Origin: Mobula hypostoma
Lineage: Eukaryota
Assembly: GCF_963921235.1 (NCBI RefSeq)
Contig: NC_086109.1
Location: forward strand, 36,706,001-36,770,000
Direction: 5' to 3'
Length of the DNA: 64,000 nucleotides
Below, in pieces: positions 11,559 to 24,600 of this stretch. Position numbers and translations under genes: made by a program. Below the pieces are notes generated by a model that saw nothing but the letters and a program-made list of their open reading frames with translations, made no database searches and was not told where the DNA came from. The first letter of the stretch is position 1; every line of letters starts with the position of its first letter.

Positions 11559-14288
11559 ATATCATTCAGCGTTTGTTTTGTGCTCAGTTCTCAATCCAAG
11601 CCTCAGGTACTTTAGCATTTGGGTCCAAACTATCCTCAGCAAGGACTCTTGTCATAGTATGATTGAGCCAGTATGGACACAGAGGGGTATCAGAGTCTTT
11701 TGTATGCTGCGACCAGCCATGACAAGAAGATTTCTAGACAGAGCCTGGAGGTTCACATCCACCAGGTAGCCATTTGTCCTTTTTCACAAGGAGGAAACCA
11801 GAGTCCTCTGAGCAGCCAATACATCTTCCAACCCTGGAGAGGTTCGACGGTGACCCAGGCTCTTGCCACATCTTTCTCATTCAATGCACTTTAGTGTTCA
11901 AACTCCAGCCGTCCCAGCTCTCTTCTGAGCATGGAAAGGTGGCCTTCATTAACTCTCTTCTGACGGGAAGAGCCCTGACCTGGGCCACTGTGCATTAGGA
12001 ATGAAGGTGGGAGGTTTGTTCAGATTCAGAGGAATTCATGGTCGCCTTGTGGAGGTAGTTCCATCACACTGCCAGAGCCAGCTGTGCCTCAGGCTGTCGG
12101 ATGAAGAATCGACATGGTGGACGGGCAGTGGCCGACTACATTATCAAGCTTTGGATCTTGATCCAAGAGAGTGGCTGGAATGGGGAGGACTTTCCCTCAC
12201 TTTGGAAGAGCCAGACTTCGAGGTTCTGATTGACCAATCTACTTGTCTCAATAATTGCCTGGAAGAACATCAGTGAGTCTACATTAAGAGGTCGGAGAAG
12301 ACTAGCCTGAGCCCAGCCTCTATGCATCATAGTTCCATCACCCAGTCTCAGAATATGACCTGCCCATCCCTGTTTGGAACTCAGTCGAACCCATGCAGAT
12401 CGGCTGCACTAGCCTTTCCACCACTGAGAGGTCCTAGCGTCGGTGTCAAGGCTGCTGCTATTACTGTGGGGAGAAAGGTCACCTGCGTGAGCCTGCAGCC
12501 ATCAGAAGGATAGCGAAGACCATCCAGACTGTGACGATAGCGGACATTACTCCTAACCCCACGGATTCTGGTTTTGTGCTGAATGTGGAGATCACCTGTG
12601 GTAAGAACCAGACGCAGGTGAGGGCATTTGTGGACTCTTGGGCAGCGGGTAATTTTCTGGATTTCGACTTGACATACTGCTGTGAGAGTTGTGCCTGCCG
12701 CTGCCTGCAACCGCCTTGGATGGCTGTTGGCTAGGTCCTGGACAGATCCAGCAACAGAATGTGGTCTTCCAGATGAGGATAGAGGATCATGAGGAAGGCA
12801 TTTATGCATCACTGACTCACCACTCATACCCCTGATCCTCAGGCACCCTTGGCTGCCCCATCGTAACCCTTCCATTAAATGGCAGGAGGGGAGAATCATT
12901 GCTTGGTCCAGTCATTGTAAGAGATTATGTTTGCAGTGTGGCATTCCAACTCCCAGACTCTCCGGAGACCATTGCCAACTAGGAGGCGATCTTCACTGTG
13001 AATTAACCTGAGACCTTCTGGAGAACTAGTCCTGCCCTCAAGGGCAGGCATGCCAATCCTGGCCAACAGAACTGTGAATGTTCTGACCCTGTCTAGTCAG
13101 GGTTGCATGGGAACTAGAGGGAGGGAATCTCTAGTTCAGGAGACAGCCAAGGAGATGCCCGAGCAGTCTGGAAAAATTGCACCTAAGCCTTAGGGATCCG
13201 TCCGCCCAGTCCCGCGGAAAGGAAAGACTTCTATACGCAGATCCTTGGTGCCTAATTCGGTGGGGGGGGGGGGTGTAGGGGGAAGGACTATTTGTAATGC
13301 CTCTCTGTCGTCACCTGAGGATGCAGATGAAGATAGGGACTCTGATTTGGCTACAGTTTCTACAAATGGGTTTTGTGAATCTAGGGAGGGTACTCTGAGG
13401 ACTGTTGAATTATCCCTGCCACCTAAGAAGCCTCAGGAGACATCCACGAAGGAAGGCCCAAAGGAGAATGCAGCACTCAAACTGATCAAAATCCCTCCCA
13501 TCTACAAGGAGATCTTCAGCAAGGGGAAGGACTTGACTCTTGCACCACACTGAACCTGTGACCATGCTATAGACCTGCTGCCTGGTAGTTGCCCTCCACA
13601 GGGTCAATTGTACCTACTGTCAGGCTCAGAGAGAAGCACAATGGAGGAGTATATAAAAGGGGCTATTGCCACGGGCTTCATTCAGCCCTCCATCTCACCT
13701 GCTGGGACTGGCGGCTTCTTCGTACAAAAGAAAGATAGGAGTCTGCGGCCATGCTTTGATTATAGCAGGTTAAAACGCATAATGTCCAAGAATAGTTATC
13801 CCCTTCCACTCATGAATATGGCCTTTGAGATGCTCTAATGGTCAAGCGTATTTATAAAGCTAGATCTGTGGAGTGTATACAATCTGGTCCATATAAAGCA
13901 GGGCGATGAGTGGAAGACCACTTTCAATACACCGATGGGACACCATGAGTACCTAGCTATGCTCTTCTGTCTTGTGAATGTTCCAGCAATCTTTCAGGCC
14001 TTTATAAATGATGTGCTCCTGGATACTCTCCATAAGTAAGCCTTCATATACTTGGATAATATCCTAATCTTTTTGAGGTCCATGCAAAGTCACCCACGTC
14101 ACAGACATTTTAAAGAAGCTTCTGGACCATGAACTTTACGTCAACCTAGAGAAGTCCAAAATTCACATGATCACCATTTCATTTTTGGGTTTCATCATTT
14201 CTAATGGCTGTCTCTAAATGGACCTTCCAAGATTCTGGAAGTCAGAGACTGGCCACAACATTCCAGTGTCAAACAAGTCCAATGATTC

Positions 14289-14702
14289 TCAACATTAAGT
14301 TCTCAAACTTCGAGTAATACTTCTCCCCCTTCACTGTTTCCCATCCCCTTTTCCCTCTCTCATGTTATCTCCTTCCCCGCCCATCACCTCCCTCTGATGT
14401 TCCCCCCTCCCCTTTTTTTCTTTCTTCCATGGGTTTCTGTCACTTGCACCAATCAACTTCCTAGCTCTTGGTTTCATCCCTCCCCCTCCAAGTTTCACCT
14501 ATCGCCTTCTGTTTCTCTCTCCCCTCCCCCTATCTTTCAAATGTACTCCCCAGCATTTTTTCTCCAGTCCTGCCAAAGGGTTTCAACCCGAATTGTTGAT
14601 TATGCTTTTTTCCCATAGATGCTGCCTGACCTGCTGAGTTCATCCAGCATTTTGTGTGTGTTGCTCAGATTTCCAGCATCGGCAGATTTTCTCTTGTCTG
14701 AG
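14289..14702 (+). mobile_element. 5'-truncated Penelope-like element (last codons, pyrimidine-rich 3' UTR, degenerate hammerhead region)
   Basis: Starts NIKFSNFE* (Penelope ORF C-terminus-like). 12-bp TSD GTCCAATGATTC at 14277-14288 and 14703-14714. Removing it restores the Gypsy KQVQ*F.GFANFY motif. Confidence 0.8.
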
Positions 14703-15211
14703 GTCCAATGATTCGCGGGGTTTGCAAACTTTTACCATACGTTCATCAGGAACTTCAGTTCAGTGACATCTCTGCTGATGGCACCAACTAAGAAATCCAT
14801 GATCCTTTCGTCTGGACTACTGAAGCGGAGGCTGTTTTTTTAGGGCTTAAAAAGCGGTTCACATCAGCTCCCTTTTGGTTTCCCCTAACCTGGACCTCCC
14901 TTCATTGTGGAGGTGAGACGCCTCAGACATTGGTGTGGATGCAATATTGTGTCACCGTTCACCTTCAGATGGTAAACTGCACCCATATGCATTCTTCTCC
15001 AGACAGCTTTCTTCAGCACAGAGAAGCTATGACATCGGGAATAGGGAGCTTTTTGTGGTTGAGTTAACTTTGGAGGAATGGCATCACTGGCTAGAGGGGG
15101 CCAAGGATCCTTCTATCATTTAGATGGACCACAAAAACCCGGCTTATGTTCAGGAGGCCAAGAGACTGAATTCCAGACAGGACAGGTGATTTTTATTCTT
15201 AAACCACTTTA

Positions 15212-16689
15212 GGAAGGAACCATCGTCTCTGTGCGAAGAAGTATTCAGTGTCCTGCCTCAATGATTACCGTCCCATTGCATTCACATCCATCATCATGAA
15301 CTGTTTAGAGAGGCTCATCATGAGGCACATCAAGTCCCTGCTGCCCCCCTCACTGCAGGTCACGTACTGTCCCAACCGTTCAACTGATGACGCCATTGCT
15401 ATCACCCTCCACCTGACCTTAACCCACCTAGACAAAAAAGACATGTATGTTTGAATGCTGTTCATAGACTTCACTTCAGCATTCAACACAATCATTCCTC
15501 AGAAACTGATTGGAAAACTGAGCCTACTGGCCCTGAACACCTCCCTCTGCAACTGGATCCTAGACTTCCTGACTGGGAGACCTCAGTCAGTCCGGATTGG
15601 AAGCAGCATCTCCAACACCATCGCACTGAGCACGGGGGCCCCCCCAGGGGCTGTGTACTCAGTCCACTGCTGTTCACTCTGCTGACCCACGACTGTGCTG
15701 CAAGACACAGCTTGAACCAGATCATCAAGTTCGCTGATGACACGACCGTGGTGGGTCCCATCAGCAAGAACGATGAGTCAGCATACAGAGAGGAGGTGCA
15801 GCGGCTAACGGACTGGTACAGAGCCAACAACCAGTCTCTGAATGTAAACAAAACAAAAGAGATTGTTGTTGACTTCAGGAGGACACGGAACGGCCACTCT
15901 CTACTGAACATTGAGACTCCTCCGTAGAGGTCGTTAAGAGCACCAAATTTCTTGCTGTTCACCTGGCGGAGAATTTCACCTGGTCCCTCAACACTAGCTC
16001 GATAGCAAAAAAGCCCAGCAGTGTCTCTACTTTCTGCGAAGGCTGAGAAAAATCCATCTCCCACCCCCTATCCTCACCACATTCTCCAGAGGTTGTATTG
16101 AGAGCAGCCTGAGCAGCTGCATCACGGCCTGGTTCAGAAATTTTACCACCTCGGATCGCAAGACCCTGCAGCGGATAGTGAGGTCAGCTGAGAAGATCAT
16201 CAGGGTCTCTCTTCCCACCATAACAGACATTTACACCATACACTGCAACTGCAAAGCAAACAGCATTATGAAGGACCCCACGCACCCCTCATACAAAATC
16301 TTCTCCCTCTTGCCATCTGGCAAAAGGCACCAAAACATTCAGGCTCTCATGACCAGACTATGTAACAGTTTCTTCCCCCAAGCCATCAGACTCCTCAATA
16401 CCCAGAGCCTGGACTGACACCAACCTCAGCTGCCCTCTACTGTGCCTACTGTCTTGTTTATTATTTATTATTATTTATTGTAGTGCCTGCACTGTTTTGT
16501 GCACTTATGCAGTCCTGGATAGGTCTGTAGTCTGGTGTAGTTTTTGTGTTTTTTCTTACGTAGTTCAGTGTAGTTTTTGTATTGTTTCTTGTAGCACTAT
16601 AGTCTTGGAAAAAGTTGTCTCATTTTTACTATGTTTTGTACCAGCAGTTATGGTTGAAATGACAATAACAAGTGACTTGACTTGACTTT
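15212..16689 (+). mobile_element. 5'-truncated Rex1/Babar LINE inserted in the sushi-like pol
   Basis: [41 protein letters not shown] and KFADDTTVVG; (GACTT)n tail; TSD ACTTTA at 15206-15211 and 16690-16695. Confidence 0.9.
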
Positions 16690-19282
16690 ACTTTAATTTC
16701 ATCCTGATCTATAGACTGGGATCAAAAAAAAACAGAAACCAGATGCTTTGTCCCATCAGTTTAATTAACTCAAATAAGAGAAGCAGCCAACCATCATGTT
16801 GCCCCAAGCCAGCGTGGCAGTGCCAATGTATTGGGAAATAGACACTCTTGTTCATAAGGCCCCAGCACAAGAGGAGATTCCTAAGAATGGCCCTCAAAGA
16901 ATGGATCGACTGTTTGTCCCAAGATCCTTTTGGTCCCAGGTACTCCTATAGAGATGTTTATCAAGAATGACTGCTCACCCAGGGATTTCCAGGACCCTAG
17001 TTTGTCAAGAGAAGTTATTGGTGGCTAGAATGGCAATATGTGTGTGCTTGTGAGCTGTGTGCCTGCAACAAGGAGCCCCAAATGCTCCTCCATCCTTTAC
17101 CTGTTCTGGAAAGTTCATGAGAGTATGTCTCCATGGACTTTGTCACCGGACTTCCGCCATTCAAGTGGAAGACTGTCATCATGGTAATTGTCAATCAGTT
17201 TTCAAAAGCCTGCAAGTTCATTGCCTTGGATAAGCTACTATCTGTAACGAAGACAGCCAAAATTCTCCTGGACCATGTCTTCAGGATCCATCAATTCCAG
17301 GTGGATTTTGTCTCGGCTCGTGGTCCACAATTGGCATCACATTTCTGGAGTGTGTTCTGTAAGCTGACTGGGGCAGCAGGAAATCTTTCCTCTGGTTTTA
17401 CCTGCAGTCCAACAGCCAGATGGAGCAGACCAACCAACAAAAACTAAGATGCTGGGCCTCAGAAAGACCTGAGGAGTGGTGTGACCATTTGATCTGGGCC
17501 GAGTTCACCCACAACTCCTTACAACTTTCAGCAAACAGAATGTCACCGTTCCAGCGTGAGTTTGGTTATCCTCTGCCATGCCACTCTTTCCAGAACAGGG
17601 AGGCCAAGGTTGGGATTCCTGCAGTGGAAGATCTCATAAAATACTGCAAACAGAAATGGATAGGGCAAAAGAGATTTTCCTGGCCTCAATCTGGAAGGTG
17701 GAGACCAAGGCGAACCAAAGGAGAAGATAGGTACTCACTTGGCAACCAGAGCAACAGGTCTGGCTATCCACTCATGATTTGCCTTTCCGAGTGGAGTCTA
17801 GAAAGTTGGCCCCCAAGTTCTTTGGACTCTTCAAAGTCCTGAGCAAAGTAAACCCGGTTGCTTACACCTTGAAGCTCCCCAGGACCCTAAAGGTCAATCC
17901 TACCTTCCACATTTCTAAACTAAAACCTGTCAGCACCATCCCCTTAAGCTGGAAGAGACATCTTGGATCCGGTTCTCATCCACGACTAACATGATCATCT
18001 CTCCGAGCAGCCAGGGCCATCAGGAGTCAACAGTAGGGGAGGTGATCCTATTATGAGATGCATCCAACCATGCCAGCTCCCAGGATCTAACTCTCCGGCG
18101 AATGGATAGATGGCACAGCCCCTTTAAGGGTTTGGGACTGTCCCACTAATTGGCAATCTTGTTTTTGCTGCCAAGAATTTCGTATTTAAAGAGCACCTGA
18201 ACAGAGCCTCAGTGCTCAGTCATAACCCCAACCAGAGATACTGTCTAACGTTTTGTTTTATGTTCAGTTCTCAAACCAGATTTATTTTGTGTCTCGATCC
18301 AAGCCTTGGATACTCCAGCATTTGGGTCCAAACCATCCTCATCAAGGACTCTCATCACAAGAAAGAGTAGTGACCGAAGCACATAATTATTTTATAAAGC
18401 CCATTATGTACCACCAGTAGGAATATTTGCAGAATCACTTCTGCATACTAACCTTGCATTGAATTTAAGGCTGGAACATTATTTCAATTAAATCTCAGCT
18501 CAATCACCCATTGTTAACCTTAGAATCTATTATGAATAAAGAAGATGCATCACAAAGATATTAATGTGACTTATTATCATGAATTTTGAACAGCTGAAAA
18601 TCTCATCCACCAGCAAAGATGTTGTCACAGTCACCGGATTTCATTTACATCCAACCATGGATTGTCTGTGTCTATCATGTGGGAAGGTACAGTATGTGAA
18701 TGTGCAGATGAAAGGAAAGAAGAGGAGCCTTGCAAAACAGGGAGTGGCTGACAGAAATGTGTAATATTTTTGAAAGGCTTGTAAAAACTCTTCCTCCTCC
18801 TGGTCCCACACAAATAAAAAACATTCTGCTATAATCTTCCTTGGCTAAACCACCCAGCTGATAATCAGTGAAGCTGACACCATTCATAATGTCCATGGCT
18901 CACCTCAGTTGTTTTGTTATTTTGGCATTCCTCCCCTACTTAGCATTTGTCTCTTTCCCTTAACCTTCCTCTCATGGCATTTCAAAGTCATTTTTGTTGG
19001 CTTCAGTACCATCACCCTCAATACAGGCATGAAGTGATGTATTTCGAAATGTAAAAGTACAAATAGTGTTTAGTAAATGCAGTAAAATTGCAAACATTGA
19101 TAGCCAATGCACTGCAGGCAGTGAACTCCAAATGGAACAGCCATTTCTCTGAATTGCTAAATACAGCCCTCAAGGTCCAATTGCTCATTCCAGGAGATCT
19201 CTGTTCAAAAACTGAGGAGTTTTGAACTTCTAATAACCTTTTTCTTCTCGCTTTAATTATACTTGATCTCAAAACTCCTCAG

Positions 19283-19971
19283 GGGGAGGAGGGGAGGAGA
19301 AGATGGCGGCGCGATGCAGCACGCGCAGCCACTCCAAAATGATATCGCATTTGTAAGTAGGGGCCGTGCACAATCCTGATTTGATAGAGACAGATGTGAG
19401 AAGCATGGAGGAGCATCTGGAGAAACTTCTGAAATGTCTGGTTCGCTGCTGTTGCTACTGTGTGATTGAGAATCTCCGGAGGAGAAGGCTCCAAATTCTC
19501 AGCTTTGCTTATTGCCTGTTGCTGGGGCCGGGCTCGAAGTGCTCGGCAGAGATGGTGCTCGGTGCTCGGTGTCGGAAGGCTAATCGGAGGCTCGAAGTTT
19601 TCAGACTGAATCAAGAGTTGGCTGTGGTCGGACGCTTCCAGAGTGCTGCATCGGTAAGTTTGCGGTGCTGGAAGCTCATGGCAAGGAGAGTTTTTCTTCC
19701 TTCTATCATCTGCATGAGATGATGGGACTTTCAAGGGACTTTGAGACTTTTTTTTACCGTGCCCATGGTCTGTTCTTTATTAAATTACGGTATTGTTTTG
19801 CAATGTTGTAACTATATGTTATAATTATGCGGTTTTTGCCAGTTTTTTTAGTCTTGATCTGTCTGTGTTTCTGTGATATCATTCTGGAGGATCATTGTAT
19901 CATTTCTTAATGCATGCATTACTAAATGACAATAAAAGAGGACTGCGTGTCCTCATATTCTAATCTAATCT
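19283..19971 (+). mobile_element. Non-autonomous retroposon of about 0.65-0.7 kb (GC-rich head with AAGATGGCGGC, LINE-like tail)
   Basis: Second copy at 51261-51906 (minus). Ends AATGACAATAAA..(TAATC)n. Imperfect TSD AACTCCTCAG/AACTCAACAG. No conserved ORF. Confidence 0.75.
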
Positions 19972-20049
19972 AACTCAACAGTATTGTGAACTAGTGGTTA
20001 GCTTCAGCATGATGTTACAGTCCATCAAAAACGTTGAACAATGGCATTT

Positions 20050-20288
20050 AAAAACATAAACACAAGGAAATCTGCAGATGCTGGAAATTCAAACAACACA
20101 CACAAAATGCTGGTGGACTGCAGCAGGCCAGATAGCATCTATAGGAAGAAGTACAGTTAATGTTTCAGGCCAAGACCGTTCGTCTGACTTTGTCCTGATG
20201 AAGGGCCTCGGCCTGAAACTTTGACTGTACTTCTTCGTATGGATGCTGTCTGGCCTGCTGCATTCCATCACCATTTTTCGTGTGTTGC
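20050..20288. mobile_element. Penelope-like terminal hairpin
   Basis: Inverted arms of about 90 bp around a loop near 20185-20192. TSD TTGAACAAT(G/T)GCATTT at 20034-20049 and 20289-20304. Confidence 0.8.
20192..20227 (+). ncRNA. Degenerate minimal hammerhead ribozyme core (Penelope-associated)
   Basis: GTC-CTGATGA(20195-20201)-AGGGCCTCGGCCT stem II-GAAA(20215-20218)-CTTT-GAC. The stem III/cleavage triplet is mutated relative to GAAACGTC. Confidence 0.6.
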
Positions 20289-20760
20289 TTGAACAATTGC
20301 ATTTGAAGTTTTGAGAATAAAGCCCAATTTAAATGTTTATAAAATACTGTAAATGAAAATACTTACTAACGTGTTCCCAGAACTCTGGGCAGAGTCTGTC
20401 ATATTGCATGCTTATGCCAAGAAAATTTAATATGGATTTATTCTAACAACATAACAAGAATTTTCTGGGTATTTAGATTTGTATCAAGCTAAAGGAAGAA
20501 ATATGTTTTTCAGCAACACTATACTGCCAATATAAGGATCCAATGTCCTTCACTTCCATTCTAAATGGTCAAAAGCTCCCCTTGGTTGTAAGGCAGATCA
20601 TTAAAACACATATAATAGCCAAATCTTAAAATAAATGAAGATCATATGCTTATAATGTGGCTTTGGAATGTTAAGGATAAGGAGAGGTAAACATTTATAT
20701 GTTGTGAAGTTAAATGTTTCTATCACAGGAAGATTCTTTGAAGACACTTAATAAGTCTTC

Positions 20761-21028
20761 GGGGTGGCATGGTAGTGTCAAGGTTAGCAGAACGCTCTAC
20801 AGTACTAGTGACCTGGGTTCAATTCTCACTGCTGTTTGTAAGGAGTTCTTATGTTTGCCCCATAACTGTATGGGTTTCCTCCGGTGCTCTGGTTTTCTCA
20901 CACAGTCCAAAGACATACTGTTTAATAGGTTAATTGGTCATTGTAAATTGTCCTGTGATTAGGCTAGGGTTGCTGGGCAGTGTCTCAAGGGTCGGAAGGG
21001 CCTGTTCTTCCCTGTATCTCAATAAACA
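20761..21028 (+). mobile_element. tRNA-derived V-SINE (HE1-like)
   Basis: B-box-like GGGTTCAATTC, then the V-domain-like GGAGTT...GGGTTTCCTCCGGTGCTCTGGTTTTCTCACACAGTCCAAAGAC. Ends CTGTATCTCAATAAA. Confidence 0.75.
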
Positions 21029-21636
21029 AATGTTTGGTTCTATATTTTTATATGAAGTAATTAATCATAATATAACATTAATAATGTTAATTGTTACAGG
21101 GAAAGGTAAGAGTATTTCTACCCTGGTAGGAATGTTTAAAATTGCTCAAAAACAAAATAAAGTGGAATTTATGTTGGTATTTGAATATTTATTAGATGGC
21201 ACCACTCATTTTATGGACTACATTGAACTATAACTGCAGAGGAAAAATACATAGAAAGTGAAAATACCCAATATTAATCGATCAACTCATGAAGTATTGG
21301 ATTTGATGAACTCTCAAAATATAAAATCCAAAAAACAAATGTAACATAAAATTATCTACAAAATCCAGTCTATTTCACATCATTTCCCAGTGTCAATCCA
21401 AATCTCCTGAAATATGTTAACCACATGTTCCATTTCCTCAGGTGTCTTGGGTATTAGACAGCCTATAATCATATACTGTCTATTGAATAAACTCTTCTCG
21501 GTCTTCCAATTGAGAAGCCCGAGAAGAGTTTATTTGTCATATACACTGGGAAAGCACTAGATCCTTTTTCACATACTGTTGGACCTAAACTTGGTTGTGT
21601 GTAAGTTAAATTATAGCTTTGGGAAGAATGGCAGAT

Positions 21637-24600
21637 GATTTCCTGGTGGTGGCTGATGGAGTAACAGTAATCTGCTGTTGCTCCAACTTTAATTATCTTA
21701 CTATTTCCAACCTGTCTTGAAACTTCTTTTTTTAAGTGTGATATTCTTTTATTGTGGCTGGAGGGAGTGTCAGAGGTACTAAAAAGGATAATTTTCCTGC
21801 CTCTTTGGATTCTATTACGTAATTGCTGCCAAGTCATACACAAGAAGCCGCTGAGAAGTTTCAACAATTCAGCACTGAATTTAAACAAACAGATGGTAAA
21901 TTGGACTCTATTCAACAAACGCTTAATGAACACGAAAAACGTATTAAAAATAATGAGGAAAATTTGTTGGCTCTGGAAACAGAAGGGGATGAATCACAGA
22001 AGCTTTGTGAAAAGCAATCGAAGACCAATGAAAAGTTAAGACAGAAGATTATTGACCTAGAAAATAGAAGTAGAAGGAACAACTTATGGGTTCTGAGTCT
22101 CGAAGAATTAATCGAAGGTAACCATCCTATGGAGTTTTTTGCAAACTATTTGCAAGAGTTATTTCCGGAGATTTTGACATCTGTGCCTATGATCGATCGA
22201 GTTCACAGATCTCCTGCATTTAGATCTCCTAACGCTCAGAAACCAAGATCAGTAATAATCAGTAATAATTTCATGAATTTAAAACAAGGGAACTCTTAAT
22301 TCGCGAGTCTCGTCGAAAAGGCATGATTGACTAGAATGATCGCAAGATTAGAATTGTTGAAGGTTATTCGCCTGAGGTTATGCAGTAACGTGTTAAATTC
22401 AAAGAAGTTATGTCTGAGCTTTTTAATATGGGTTTCAAGCCTTCCTTTCACTACCCAGCCCGACTCAGAATCACACTTAAAAATGGTTCTTTCGAATGGT
22501 TCCGCTCGACTATTGAAGCACAAAAGTTTTTTAAATTCCAAGGTTAAATCCAAAGGCTAACTGTTTAGTTTCTCCTTACTTGAAGACACAAGATTAAATG
22601 AGAAACTTTTAATTCGCAAATCCCATCGAGGGGGTGGTTATAGGGTGGAATATTAAGATTCTCGAAGGTTATTCACTTGAAGTTATGCAGGAGTGTGCTA
22701 ACTTTAAACGAGCTTTGTTGGAATTTTTTAATCAACGGTTTTAACCCATCCCTTGGCTACCCAGTTTGACTGAGAATCTTGTTAAGATGGATCCTTCAAA
22801 TGGTTTCGTTTGAATGCTGAAGCACAAAGATTTTTTTAAATTTGGAAGCTAATTGCTTAGCCTGATTTTCCATGAAGATATAAGATTAATGTTCAATGTC
22901 TATCTGTATGAATAATTGTATCTTTTACTTTTGTTAAACCTTTGTAACTAATTTCCTTTCGTGTTGTTTAATACTGGATTTTTGATATACAAGAGCTGAA
23001 TCTTTTGTTTGGGTATTGTTTAGTTTAGGTTGGAATATAAATAACCTTGAAACTAATTGGAGCAATCACCAGATTTTTTGGGGGTTGTCAATAGTTTGTA
23101 GATGCAGAGTTTCTATTGGTCAGTTTTCCTTCTTTGGGAGGTGGGCGGGGTTATGTTTTATTCCCTAGAAGCTGTTTTCGAATTTTTAGCCAACTTGTTG
23201 CTTGGTTACCATTTCTCAAGGTTTATGGCTTGGTTTCTAACTTACATTTTAGCTCTTCCTTATGTTACGTACCCCGTAAGTGGGTTGCCAAACCAGCAGA
23301 AATGGATCACTCAGTTGGAGTCTGGATTACTAGAACTAAGAAAGTTTTATTAAAGAAACAAGCAACACAGTAATCGAAAGGATAATAAATGCAACAGTTC
23401 AGCAATGATAAACACACATGTGCACAGAATTAAGATAACAGCATCAATCAAGCTCTATCGTTGTCTAGGGATAAATGACCAATTTCAAAGTGACACAAAG
23501 TTCAGTCGAATTTAGTTCAGTTCGCAGTAATCGTTGCCATGGCGATGGACAACGTGGGGGGAGAGAGAGAGAGAACGGGAACGACTGATCATTCAGACAC
23601 GGCTTCACTCACAGACCGGCGATATGGCTCACAAGCAGCTTTTGGGCAGGTCCTTGGTGATGTCACCTGAGGTCACCGACTGTGACCCCTCCTCCAGATG
23701 CGGTCGATCCTCTGCAGTGAACCCGGCACCCAAGCAAGGGCGGACACACACCGGGTTCCCGCTGATCGTACCTTTCCACCCTGTGCGTTGTCCGATACTT
23801 CCCACCGACTCGTGAGAGGCGCACCGCTTCCAGGGTCTCGTTACCTCGGGTGTCGTGTGTCCTGCCTTAGCAAACCGGTCCCTTTTTATCCCCCTGCTGG
23901 GGTATCGCCTGTCCATCACTTCAAACAGTTCAGGGTTCAAAGGGGGAGCCGCTCCAGACAGCTCTCTACACATCTCCAGGTGCTGTTTCATTGTGTCCCT
24001 TATCTCTCTCTTGAAGACAGGTGGCAGACCAACTGCTGATCACACAGGACAGCTAACATCTTACCTATGTGTATTCGTCACATTTTAAATAATATTAAAA
24101 CTGGACCAAACTATTAATTTACTCAGTTTTAACATGAAAGGATTAAATCACTCTGTTAAACGTGATAAGATTTTTGCTTATATTAAGAAATTTAAGGTCC
24201 CTATTATTTTTTAATAAGAAACTCACACACGCAAATGTGATAATCTGCGGTTTTTTAGCTGTTGGAATGAACTTTATTTTCACTTGTCTTTTCAGGCCAA
24301 ATCTAGAGAAATTTTGATTCTTATAGATAATACACTTTCCTTTGTGCAACATAAAGTAGTGTCTGATACTAATGGACGTTTTGCTATAGTCTCAGGAAAA
24401 CTAGATAATAAGTTAATGGTATTTGTCAATGTGTATGCCCCAAATGTAGATGAGCCAGGATTCTTTGAACACTTTTTTTCCTTCTTACCAGATCTGAATC
24501 TTTATTCTTTGGTGGTGGGAGGAGATTTTAACTGTTGGCTGGACCCAATTTTAGACTGATCGTCTTCTAAACGAGTGTCTCTTAATAAATCAGCTTTGTT

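Larger units (their letters stand above)
11171..18359 (+). mobile_element. Old sushi/PEG10/RTL1-type Gypsy LTR retrotransposon with three nested insertions
   Basis: Diverged LTRs at 11171-11656 and 18049-18359; TSD AAAAA/AGAAA; PPT GTAGGGGAGGTG near 18033-18044. Gag ERFDGDPGSC...LLTGRALTWA, PR FVDSWAAGNF, RT GFIQPSISPAG..FFVQKKD, RNase [32 protein letters not shown] and SH3-like KLAPKFFG. Many stops. Confidence 0.88.

Noticed and set aside
19279..19734. ORFs of 118-151 aa on both strands
   Set aside because: They lie inside a GC-rich repeat, and the frames are not preserved in the second copy at 51261-51906.
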